Below are positions 55,677-64,000 of a stretch of DNA of 64,000 nt, piece by piece. A program made the position numbers and the translations under genes. A model generated the notes under the pieces. It was not told the origin of the DNA. It made no database searches and saw only the letters and a program-made list of their open reading frames with translations. Each line of letters starts with the position of its first letter. Position 1 is the stretch's first letter. Origin of the DNA: an uncultured Gemmatimonadales bacterium. GTDB taxonomy: Bacteria; Gemmatimonadota; Gemmatimonadetes; Longimicrobiales; RSA9. The DNA lies in NCBI GenBank assembly GCA_963798085.1, contig CAWCRS010000007.1, forward strand, positions 1,088,001 to 1,152,000. The letters run 5' to 3'.

Positions 55677-56595
55677 AACAGATCTGACGGCGTTGCTCGG
55701 GCTGGTTGCTGGGGATGGTTGCTCAGGACCGGCTTGAAGAACAGGTGCAGATTGCCCCCGAACGGGTGAGATTCTGCTGCTGGTAGTGGGTCAATTTGAG
55801 CCGTGACAAAGCGCCTCGCTCCCTACATTCTACTGAGGTCCCGACCACACTCCCCGGGGGTAGAATGGAACAGCGGGCGTACAGCTCAGCAGAGATGAAG
55901 ATCAACATTCGGTATTCCGGTCCCGGCCCCGAACGAGGCCGTATGAGCGTGGTCGAACTTGGCCCCGCCATGATCGGTCTCGGCCAAATGGTGGGAGGGG
56001 CGAGCCGCATACTGTATGGCGACGAGGCGCGAGTACAGGTTGAGGTTCACGCGAATTTCCGAAGAGCATTGTTTGGGGTCGATTTCTTCGCTGTTTCGTC
56101 ACAGGTTGGATTGCTTCCACCACTGGATCTACCAAGCCTGGCGGCGATTGCGACCCTGATAGGAGTAGGGGGCGGCGCCGTAAAGGGGCTAATACAGCTC
56201 GTCCGTTGGCAACGCGGACGGCGAATTGATCGGGTTGGAACTGATGGAGACCTGATTCAGATTCAGATCAACAATGAGGTTCAGGAAGTCACGGTGAATC
56301 AATATCGCATTCTTATCGATCCGGATGCACGAAAGGGACTCGGGGCCTTGGTTTCGCCCTTGACTACCGATGATGTGGATCTTGTGGAGCTTCAGAAGGA
56401 GGACGATCCTCCCATAGTCATCCCCTCAAATGAAGCAGCGTCGTTCACATCATCGCCGCTACCTGAACAGGAGATCTCCATTCGATAGCTACACCACGGT
56501 CCTCGAAGTCGTGGCGGTGACCTTCCGCGAGCGGAACAAATGGCGCTTCTCCCAAGGGGGCAACACATTCTACGCCGAGATCACGGATGAGGATT

Positions 56596-58056
56596 TGGAC
56601 CTGTCCCGATTCCGTGGACGGTTGAGTGTTTGGGTTGCCTGCTGCCGGCGCATGGCAATCCGTTCTGCTGTTGTTGATATGATGGATCCGTTTGCTGCCT
56701 GGGGTCCGAGCGAAGGCGAGGAGACCGCGCACGGCGCGGCCGCCCGCGGAAGGTGCCTTGTCGCGAGCCTCCAGAATCGCGTGTACGGGCCGGGAGCGGC
56801 CGGGAAGGTATCCCAGCACCCCCCGAATCGGCGGTGCGTGCGACTCACGCGGCTGACCCATGCAGTCGCTCGAAGTTCATGGGTGAGCGTTGACCCAGCG
56901 CAGAATGGCGCCGGTGCGGATTGTACCAGCCTTCGATGAAATGGAACACCGCTGTTTCGGCTTCCGCCGGCGTGCGAAAGCGGTAGCGGTCGAGCAACTC
57001 GCACTCGAGCGTGGCAAAGAAGCTTTCGCACAGCGCGTTGTCGTAGCAGTCGCCCACGCTGCCCATCGAGGGACGCACGCCGGCCTCGCGACAACGCTGA
57101 CCAAATGCCAGCGACGTGTACTGACTGCCCTGATCGGAGTGATGGATCACGGCGTGCGGACGCCGCTGCATGAGCGCCATGTTCATCGCCGCCACTACCA
57201 GTTCACTGCGCAGGTGTGTGGCCATGGCCCAGCCCACCACCCGTCGACTCCACACGTCCACCACCACCGCCAGATACAGCATCCCGCTCCAGGTCGAAAT
57301 GTACGTGATGTCGGCCACCCAGAGCTGATCCGGCCCCGTCGCCTTGAACTGACGGTCCACCAGATCCGGTGCCGGTCGGCTGTCCGCATCGCGCACGGTC
57401 GTGACTACCTTGCGTCGACGGCTTACGCCTTCCAGCCCTTCTTCCCGCATCAGGCGGCCCACGCGCTTGGGGGACACCGCCTCACCGTCATCCTGCAACT
57501 CCGCGTGCACACGCGGGCGGCCGTACGTCCCGTCCGACCGCTCGTGGATCTCGCGTATGCGCTGTTTCAACTGCGCGTCGCGCTCGGCTCGCGCCGACGC
57601 CCGACGCTCGAACCATGCATAGTACCCGCTGGTGGAGACCTCCAGCACGCGGCACATGGTGGCAATCGGATACATGGCCTGGTGGGCTCTCACGAATCGG
57701 TAGACCTCGACGGCACCGCATTCGGTCTCCCGAGCGAACCAGGCCGCGGCTTTTGCCAGGATCTCCCGCTCGACGCGCAACTGCTTGTTCTCGCGCCGCA
57801 GCCGCTTCAGCTCCGCCAGCTCCTCGCTGGTCGGCCCTTCACGGCGGCCCGCATCCCGATCCGCCTGCTTCACCCAGTTGCGAAGTGACTGCTCCGACAC
57901 CTTGAATTCCTTCGCCAGCTCTCCGATCGAGCGACCCGCCCGGGCCAGGTCGATAAGCCGACTACGGAATTCCAAGGGATACGACCGTCGTTTCGACATT
58001 GTGGACTCCTTTCTCTACCCAAGAGAGTAAGTGTCCACGAAACCGGGTCAACTCCA
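56596..58056 (-). mobile_element. IS3-family insertion sequence, 1461 bp
   Basis: Ends TGGACCTGTCCCGATTCCGTGGAC / GTCCACGAAACCGGGTCAACTCCA (TG..CA); flanked by GATGAGGATT direct repeats. Confidence 0.93.
56845..57999 (-). CDS. IS3-family transposase OrfAB
   Basis: OrfA HTH + leucine zipper; WVADITY, HSDQGSQY, DNALCESFF..LE DDE motif. Confidence 0.95.
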   Translation of the reverse strand: MSKRRSYPLEFRSRLIDLARAGRSIGELAKEFKVSEQSLRNWVKQADRDAGRREGPTSEELAELKRLRRENKQLRVEREILAKAAAWFARETECGAVEVYRFVRAHQAMYPIATMCRVLEVSTSGYYAWFERRASARAERDAQLKQRIREIHERSDGTYGRPRVHAELQDDGEAVSPKRVGRLMREEGLEGVSRRRKVVTTVRDADSRPAPDLVDRQFKATGPDQLWVADITYISTWSGMLYLAVVVDVWSRRVVGWAMATHLRSELVVAAMNMALMQRRPHAVIHHSDQGSQYTSLAFGQRCREAGVRPSMGSVGDCYDNALCESFFATLECELLDRYRFRTPAEAETAVFHFIEGWYNPHRRHSALGQRSPMNFERLHGSAA

Positions 58057-58277
58057 GATGAGGATTTTCTGCGACGGGTGTCACAGCGCAATGAGACTTT
58101 CGGCGCTGGCGATGCCCTTCAATGTAACGTGGAGCTTAGAACGTCGTCCACGGCGGATGGCTTTCGGTTCGAGCACCGCATTCTGAGGGTATTACAACAC
58201 ATCCGGGCGGACCAAGGCGGGCAACTTCCGATGCTTTGATACTTGTCCGATCACTACCGCTTTCCTACCTTTAGCTC

Positions 58278-58547
58278 ATGCCAAAGCGCAAAAGCATCAA
58301 ACCCAGCAATGACCCCAACCTGCGCGCATTCCGGGTTGCGGAGGCCGCGACTGCGGAGAAACCGGAGGCCGAAACGCCGGAGCCTCCCCGCAGAAAGAAC
58401 CCCCATGCCGTCCGGCTCGGCCAGCTCGGCGGGAAGAAGGGCGGCAAGCGCCGCCTCGAAACGATGACGCCGGAGCAACGATCTGACGCGGCCCGGAAGG
58501 CCGCCCAAGCTCGCTGGAAGAATAAGGGTCGAGATACCAAGAATTGA
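58278..58547 (+). CDS. Small basic protein (GGKKGG...AARKAAQARW type)
   Basis: 89 aa, K/R-rich; KNPHAV.LG.LGGKKGG..R...MTPEQRS.AARKAA.ARW. Confidence 0.75.
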   Translation: MPKRKSIKPSNDPNLRAFRVAEAATAEKPEAETPEPPRRKNPHAVRLGQLGGKKGGKRRLETMTPEQRSDAARKAAQARWKNKGRDTKN

Positions 58548-58572
58548 CAGTTTCCCTCCGCTGGGAAGAAGA

Positions 58573-58606
58573 AAAGCACCGTACAGTATATACTGTACGG
58601 TGCTTT
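58573..58606. other. Perfect 34-bp spacerless palindrome
   Basis: AAAGCACCGTACAGTAT|ATACTGTACGGTGCTTT. Confidence 0.95.
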
Positions 58607-58773
58607 CTTGTCCATACTGGACTGAAACCAAAGATTTATGGCCCAACGGATGGTCGGGGTTGAAGGGACTGGTCCTGTGTCCATCGATTTGCGGCCCTGT
58701 CGGATGAGCGACGGCCATATTAAATTGCCTCGGACAGAACGCTGTACGCGCGTCACAAAATGGGTAATCTGCC

Positions 58774-59220
58774 ATGACAACGATTGATGATCTCGTCCAG
58801 TCTATCGACAGGCGCTTGCATGAGATCGATTTGGAGCGCCAGGAACTGCTGCGCTTTCGCACAATCTACGTTTCAACGCAACGCGAGCTACCGATGCCTG
58901 ATAACGTCACTGTTATTGAGTCCCATGCGCCGACAGATGATGGAATCTCTCCCCGCAGGAATGGCGCCGGGCCGAGTCAGGCTATTATCGAAGTGTTAGG
59001 AGTGAGCGCCAAGTCATTGAAGGCAAGCGAGCTGATCGACCGTGTAGTAGAACGTGTGGGTCACACGAGATCCACGGATGAGCGTCGTCAGCGCCGGACA
59101 ATTTCGTCCGTTCTTGCCTACCTCGTGAAGAGAAAGCGCGTGGTTCGTCGTGGATCGAGATATTCGCTACCCAAGGAAGGGGAAGGCGGTGCGATGCAGG
59201 ACCGCCCTATTGAGCGTTAG
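58774..59220 (+). CDS. Coiled-coil + putative winged-helix DNA-binding protein
   Basis: N-terminal heptads; C-terminal AIIEVL...LKASELIDRV...TISSVLAYLVK.K.VVR..S.YSL. Confidence 0.65.
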   Translation: MTTIDDLVQSIDRRLHEIDLERQELLRFRTIYVSTQRELPMPDNVTVIESHAPTDDGISPRRNGAGPSQAIIEVLGVSAKSLKASELIDRVVERVGHTRSTDERRQRRTISSVLAYLVKRKRVVRRGSRYSLPKEGEGGAMQDRPIER

Positions 59221-59236
59221 AGGCTCAATAGGGCGG
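59202..59236. terminator. 14-bp perfect stem-loop at end of wHTH gene
   Basis: CCGCCCTATTGAGC-gttagag-GCTCAATAGGGCGG; no U-tract. Confidence 0.5.
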
Positions 59237-59249
59237 GTTCGCTGAGTGG

Positions 59250-59287
59250 GGGCCAGTAGCTCAATGGGAGGAGCGCCGGCTTGACGA
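59250..59287 (+). pseudogene. tRNA-like 5' half
   Basis: GGGCCAG-TA-GCTC-AATGGGAG-GAGC-G-CCGGC-TT..; no 3' anticodon stem or T arm. Confidence 0.35.
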
Positions 59288-59944
59288 GATCTGGAGTTTC
59301 GCGGGCTGCAAGGACCGGCGCGTGCCGGTCGAGGAGCAAGGGCAGGCCGGGGCGACGTGTGGACCTGGACGGCGCTCGATCAGGATTCCAAGCTCATAGT
59401 GGCGTATCGGGTCGGGAACCGTGACCCCAAGACGGGCCATGCCTTCATTCAGGATCTCCATGACCGGCTGTCCTCGCGCGTGCAGCTTACGACCGACGGC
59501 CTCACGATCTACCTGACCGCCGTGGAGCGAGCCTTCGGTTGGGGTCAGGTCGATTACGCCATGCTGATCAAGCTGTACGGTCACAGCCCGGACGGGGAGG
59601 AGAACCGCCGCTACAGCCCCGCCGTCTGCGTCGGGACGCGCAAGGAGCCGATCATGGGCCGCCCGGAAGAGGCCGACGTTTGCACGTCGCATGTGGAGCG
59701 GCAGAACCTGACGATGCGGATGCAGATGCGGCGCTTCACGCGCCTGACCAACGCGTTCTCAAAGAAGGTGGAAAACCACCTGTACGCGGTGGCGCTGCAC
59801 TTCATGCACTACAACTTCTGCCGCCCGCATCAGACGCTCACACGCGCGAACCGGGGTATCCATACGACGCCAGCGATGGCGGCCGGGCTCACGAACCGCG
59901 TGTGGACGATGGAGGACATTCTGAATTTGTTACACGGTGACTGA
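59283..59944 (+). pseudogene. 5'-truncated IS1-family DDE transposase (indel ~59350)
   Basis: [57 protein letters not shown]. Confidence 0.88.
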
Positions 59945-59967
59945 CCCACTACCTGCTGCTCGAGGGG

Positions 59968-59996
59968 TTGACGGAAGGGGGCCGCGCCGTCAAAAT
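59968..59996 (+). promoter_or_regulatory. Putative sigma70 promoter of rplU-rpmA
   Basis: TTGACG-17 bp-CAAAAT, 41 bp upstream of rplU. Confidence 0.55.
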
Positions 59997-60037
59997 ACCA
60001 AGTCTGTAACCGAATACGAACGGCGCAAAGAACCGGC

Positions 60038-60349
60038 ATGTACGCGATCTTCCGCACAGGCGACAAGCAATTCCGGGCCGAGCCAGGGGCAAGAATCAAG
60101 GTCCCATCGCTGACCGCGGAAGTGGGTGATACGGTGGCTTTCGATCAGGTCCTGGTCGCCAGCTCCAATGACGGCCTCAAGGTTGGCGTGCCCGTGGTCG
60201 AGGGTGCCCAGGTGCTGGCCGAGGTCGTGAAGCACGGCAAGGGCCGCAAGATCACGATCTTCAAGCGCAAGCGACGCAAGAACTACCGCCGCAAGCAGGG
60301 CCACCGCCAGAAGTTCACGGAGGTCCAGGTTTCCGAGATCCGGCTCTAG
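60038..60349 (+). CDS. rplU: 50S ribosomal protein L21
   Basis: [11 protein letters not shown]...[14 protein letters not shown]. Confidence 0.98.
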   Translation: MYAIFRTGDKQFRAEPGARIKVPSLTAEVGDTVAFDQVLVASSNDGLKVGVPVVEGAQVLAEVVKHGKGRKITIFKRKRRKNYRRKQGHRQKFTEVQVSEIRL

Positions 60350-60447
60350 CCGCCCTTCACCGTGAGCGCAGCGCCCCGCGGCGATGCGCCCACCTCAATG
60401 CGGGCGGCGACCCACAACGCGAGTACGGAGCAGACGAAGGATCACGT

Positions 60448-60705
60448 ATGGCGCACAAGAAAGGCGTAGGCTCTAGCCGTAACGGCCGGGACTCGAATCC
60501 GCAGTTCCTGGGTGTGAAGCGCTACGGCGGACAGTTCGTCGTGGCGGGCAACGTCATCGTGCGTCAGCGCGGCACGAAGTTCCACGCCGGGCGCAACGTC
60601 GGGCAGGGCCGCGATCATACACTGTTCGCGCTCGTCGACGGCGTCGTGAAGTTCGACCGTCGTGGCCGCGACCGCCAGGAAATATCGGTGCAGCCGGCCG
60701 ACTGA
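60448..60705 (+). CDS. rpmA: 50S ribosomal protein L27
   Basis: [16 protein letters not shown]...RQRGTKFH. Confidence 0.99.
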   Translation: MAHKKGVGSSRNGRDSNPQFLGVKRYGGQFVVAGNVIVRQRGTKFHAGRNVGQGRDHTLFALVDGVVKFDRRGRDRQEISVQPAD

Positions 60706-60728
60706 GCCCGCGCCATCGCTCGATGCTT

Positions 60729-60763
60729 GCCCCGGGCTGCCTGCAGTCCGGGGCTTTTTGTTT
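60729..60763 (+). terminator. Rho-independent terminator
   Basis: GCCCCGGGCTGC-CT-GCAGTCCGGGGC-TTTTTGTTT. Confidence 0.85.
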
Positions 60764-60905
60764 CTGTTACAGGCCTCGTGCGTTGCCGATCCAGTCAGGC
60801 TCCATCTTGCGAGTGCGCCGGCCGGACCCGACAGTGCAGCGTGCGCACCGCGGCCGCGACACGGCTGCCATCCCCCCGGAAGACAATCAATCTCGAGGTG
60901 TTCTG

Positions 60906-63689
60906 ATGCGCCTGGCGCTCATCACGATCGCGCTGTCCGTCCACGCCCTCGCAGCGAGTGCGCAGGGCCGGCAGTCGCCGTCGCCCAGGCCGGGCGTGGT
61001 GACAACCCAGCAGAAGATCGCACCGGCCGGGAATCAGACCGTATTCCAGGGCCGCGTATACGGCGTGGCCTTCGGCCGTTCCAGCGACGACGTGTGGGTC
61101 CTCACCACGGCCGGCGGAGCCCATCCCGCGACGCTCTACCACCTCTCAATGGCGCAGAATCGCATCCTCGCCAGCATCCCGGTGAACGGCAGCGCGGGTC
61201 TGCAGGGGCTGGGTTACGACGCCATCGCGGACCGGCCACTCGTGAGTCATTCCCTGCGTCTCAGCGCGCAGCCCGAAAAGCCAGAGCCCACGGACGGCGC
61301 ACCCGTGCGCATGATCACCGCGGTTCGCCTGAGCGCCGTGGATGGCGATACGCTGCGGCCATTGAGCGACCGGCTGGGGCTCAACGCCGTCGGCTCGCCT
61401 GCGGTTGCGCGACGCGCCAGCGCGAGTGGCCAGCGCATCGCGGTCGTCCCCCTCCTGTTCAACGACTCGCTTGCGGTCATCGATGCATCCACCGGTGCAT
61501 TGCTGCGCAAGGCGCCCACCGGCATTGCGCCGTTCGCCGCGGCCATCGATTCCGCGGGCACGGTAGCGTACGTGAGCAACTGGGGCGGCCGCCGGCCGCT
61601 GGCCGGAGAGCAGTCCGCACCCACGGGAATCGCGCCGCATGCCGACCGGGTGGTCGTGGATGCGCGCGGCATCGCCGCCAGCGGCACGGTCACACGCATC
61701 GATCTCATCAGCGGCCGCGCAACGCACACGATCGCCGTGGGTCTGCACCCGACCGCCATCGTCTGGGACGAGACGCACCAGCGCGTCTTCGTCGCGGATG
61801 GCAATTCCGATGCCGTGTCCGCCATCGACACGCGCCGTAACACCGTTGTTCGCACCATGCCCATCAATGCCTTCCGCGAGCGCACCAGCGGCCTCGCACC
61901 CACGGCATTGGCACTGTCGCGCGATGGCCAGACGCTCTACGTCGCACTGGGCGGCATCAATGCCATTGCCGTGGTGAATGCCGACGACGGGACCGTGAAA
62001 GGACTCATTCCCACCGCCTGGTATCCCGCCAGCCTGGCGCTCAGTGCGGATGGGAAGTACCTCGCCGTGGGTGCGCTGCTGGGCATCGGCTCGGGCACGG
62101 CGTCCGCCGAGCTGGCCGCGCGCTATCCGGATGATTTCGTCGCCGGCAAGGGCTACGTCCACGCCTATCAGGGCGCGGTGAACGTGGTGCCCGTTCCCGG
62201 CGCCGCGGCACTGGCGGGCTTCTCCCGCGCAGTCGCCGCCAGCAATCGGCTGACACCAGTGTCGTCCCCCGCTAACGTCGCATTACAGCCGCGCAGCGGT
62301 GTCGCTCCCCGTGCGGTTCCCGAGCGGCCGGGCGAGCCCTCTCTCGTCGATCACGTGGTCTACATCATCAAGGAGAACCGCACCTACGACCAGTTGTTCG
62401 GCGATATTGCCCGCGGCAACGGCGATCCGACTCTTGCCATCTACGGCGACAGCATCACGCCCAACCACCACCGCCTGGCGCAGCAATTCGTGCTGCTGGA
62501 CAACTTCTACGCGACCGGCGGCAATTCCGGCGATGGCCACCAGTGGGTGACGCAGGCCAATGAGAGTGATTACGCAATGTGGCCCGGGTACGAGGGGCGC
62601 AGCTACCCGTTCGATGGCGCGGATCCGCTGGCGCCGGCCGGCGGCGGCTTCCTCTGGGACGCGGTCCTCGCCAGAGGCCGGACGGTCACCGTGTTCGGTG
62701 AGTACGCCGGCACCATGCCGCCCGCCGAGCAGGGCAAGCGACTCGTCCACCTGGAGGCGTACCGGCAGGGCTCTGACTTCGCGGGCCGCTTCCACATCGA
62801 GGCGCCCAACCATCGCCTGAACACCATATTAGCGCACGACTTCCCCTCGTACGGCGGCACCGTGCCGGATGTGGTGCGCGCGCGCATCTTCCTGCAGCAC
62901 CTGGCGAAGTGGCAGCAGGCCGGCAGCATGCCCGACCTCGTGATGATTCAGCTGCCCAGCGATCACACGGCCGGCACCACCCCGCAGTTCACCACGCCGG
63001 CCGCCTGCCTCGCGGACAACGACCTTGCCCTGGGCCAGATCGTCGAAGGGCTCTCCAGGTCGCCGTTCTGGAAATCGATGGCCATCTTCGTCGTCGAGGA
63101 TGACGCACAGGGCGGTGTCGATCACGTGGACGGTCACCGCACGGTGGCGCTGGCCATCAGTCCGTTCACCCGCCGCGGCGTACTCGACCACACCATGTAT
63201 GCACAGCAGAGCATGGTGAAGACCATCGAGCTGATGCTCGGGCTGCAGCCGCTCAGCGTGTTCGACCTGATCGCCAACGACATGCGCACCAGCTTCATCG
63301 AGCCGGCGCAGCCCGCGGATCTGACACCCTATGTGGCCGTCGAACCTGCGGTTTCCATCTACCAGCAGAATCCCAAGAGCCAGTCGCTGCGCGGCGCCGC
63401 GCGGAGTGCCGCGCTCGCCTCTGCGCGCATGAACTTCGTCGAGCCGGATGCCGCGCCCTCCGACGCCCTCAATCGCATTCTCTGGCACGCGGCGAAAGGC
63501 TGGAACACGCCCTACCCGGCCACCGGCCAGTCGCTCTTCTTTCCCATGTCGAAGGATCTGGCCGATGACGAGCGCGAGGACGCGAAGGAACGCGGCGCAC
63601 GCGCCGATGATGACGACCGCCCGGCTGCTCGCCGGGGTGCGTCGCCCGACAGCGCGCGGGCCCGGGCCCGCAGCGGGCGAGGCGGCTGA
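60906..63689 (+). CDS. Secreted YncE-type beta-propeller + phosphoesterase fusion
   Basis: Signal peptide; VG.HP/YVSN propeller repeats; YIIKENRTYD, TPNHH, SGDGHQW, LPSDHT, EDDAQ.G.DHVD.HR. Confidence 0.88.
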   Translation: MRLALITIALSVHALAASAQGRQSPSPRPGVVTTQQKIAPAGNQTVFQGRVYGVAFGRSSDDVWVLTTAGGAHPATLYHLSMAQNRILASIPVNGSAGLQGLGYDAIADRPLVSHSLRLSAQPEKPEPTDGAPVRMITAVRLSAVDGDTLRPLSDRLGLNAVGSPAVARRASASGQRIAVVPLLFNDSLAVIDASTGALLRKAPTGIAPFAAAIDSAGTVAYVSNWGGRRPLAGEQSAPTGIAPHADRVVVDARGIAASGTVTRIDLISGRATHTIAVGLHPTAIVWDETHQRVFVADGNSDAVSAIDTRRNTVVRTMPINAFRERTSGLAPTALALSRDGQTLYVALGGINAIAVVNADDGTVKGLIPTAWYPASLALSADGKYLAVGALLGIGSGTASAELAARYPDDFVAGKGYVHAYQGAVNVVPVPGAAALAGFSRAVAASNRLTPVSSPANVALQPRSGVAPRAVPERPGEPSLVDHVVYIIKENRTYDQLFGDIARGNGDPTLAIYGDSITPNHHRLAQQFVLLDNFYATGGNSGDGHQWVTQANESDYAMWPGYEGRSYPFDGADPLAPAGGGFLWDAVLARGRTVTVFGEYAGTMPPAEQGKRLVHLEAYRQGSDFAGRFHIEAPNHRLNTILAHDFPSYGGTVPDVVRARIFLQHLAKWQQAGSMPDLVMIQLPSDHTAGTTPQFTTPAACLADNDLALGQIVEGLSRSPFWKSMAIFVVEDDAQGGVDHVDGHRTVALAISPFTRRGVLDHTMYAQQSMVKTIELMLGLQPLSVFDLIANDMRTSFIEPAQPADLTPYVAVEPAVSIYQQNPKSQSLRGAARSAALASARMNFVEPDAAPSDALNRILWHAAKGWNTPYPATGQSLFFPMSKDLADDEREDAKERGARADDDDRPAARRGASPDSARARARSGRGG

Positions 63690-63704
63690 CAGGCTGTCAG
63701 GGGT

Positions 63705-64000
63705 TCAGTCGGCGGCGGCCACGGCGTCTGTCGGACCAGCGGTGGCGCCGGCGGCGTCGTCGTCCGACATGAAGTCCGCGACGTGCGCCACCGCCTGCGG
63801 CTGCGTCAGCAGGCTCACGACCACCAGCAACACGACATTAACAATGACGCCCAGAATGCCTTCGTGGATCTGGAACGGTCGCAGCCCCTGCCGGAAGACG
63901 AAGAAGAGCGCCGTCGCCATGCCGCCGAAGAGACCGGCCAGCACGCCCGCCGTGGTGGCGCGCTTCCAGTAGAGCGCCGCGTAGACAGGCGGTGCCAGCT
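63705..64000 (-). CDS. Sodium:solute symporter, 3' end (partial)
   Basis: PPVYAALYWKRATTAGVLAGLFGG...VVSLLT. Confidence 0.75.
   Translation of the reverse strand, partial: LAPPVYAALYWKRATTAGVLAGLFGGMATALFFVFRQGLRPFQIHEGILGVIVNVVLLVVVSLLTQPQAVAHVADFMSDDDAAGATAGPTDAVAAAD

Larger units (their letters stand above)
55865..58239 (+). pseudogene. ~300-aa hypothetical cargo gene interrupted by IS3
   Basis: Removing the IS, one TSD copy and one base near 56482 restores ...KWRFSQGGNTFYAEITDEDFLRRVSQRNETFGAGDALQC...QLPML*. Confidence 0.85.
55782..59953 (+). mobile_element. Cargo-carrying IS1-family (transporter IS) element, probably non-autonomous
   Basis: TIRs GGTAGTGGGTCA (55782-55793) / TGACCCACTACC (59942-59953); TSD TGCTGCT at 55775-55781 and 59954-59960; transposase stop lies inside the right TIR. 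Confidence 0.88.

Noticed and set aside
57700..57740. Naturally in-frame IS3 OrfAB
   Set aside because: The junction contains the GAATG error context; removing one A gives OrfA ending ETDAVPSRSTDS* with orfB in the -1 frame, as is normal
58573..58606. E. coli-type SOS box or protelomerase site
   Set aside because: Half-sites are everted (ACAG..CTGT rather than CTGT-N8-ACAG), and no protelomerase gene is in the window
59250..59330. Complete tRNA-Val(GAC)
   Set aside because: No 3' anticodon stem, T arm or acceptor strand; the GAC is the transposase Asp codon

Overview
High-GC bacterial chromosomal segment. Gene content and order suggest Gemmatimonadota (inference, not a database result). It is mostly housekeeping: purF/L/Q/S-pssA-purC-purB, degP, truA, kbl/tdh, and a trp cluster split by lexA and by a HEAT + HD-GYP pair. 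It continues with rqcH, panBC, rlmN, aspS-phoH-7TM/HD-ybeY, a B12 mutase / carboxyltransferase / AtuA / enoyl-CoA hydratase cluster, recQ, rne/rng and rplU-rpmA. Many single-base indels break otherwise intact genes and look like long-read consensus errors; six are at CATTC. Highlights: (1) a 4.17-kb cargo-carrying IS1-type element (55782-59953; 12-bp TIRs, 7-bp TSD) holding an unknown ~300-aa gene split by an IS3 with an unusual 10-bp TSD, a basic microprotein, a perfect 34-bp palindrome, a wHTH gene and a tRNA-like half; (2) a candidate lineage-specific LexA operator, CCGAA-N3-GAACCGAA x2, between lexA and trpC, plus a 42-aa ORF coupled to lexA; (3) the mutase has isobutyryl-CoA mutase (Phe/Gln) specificity residues; (4) an orphan integron-cassette-like DUF3224 gene and several REP/BIME-like repeat families. 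No CRISPR array, rRNA or complete tRNA was seen.
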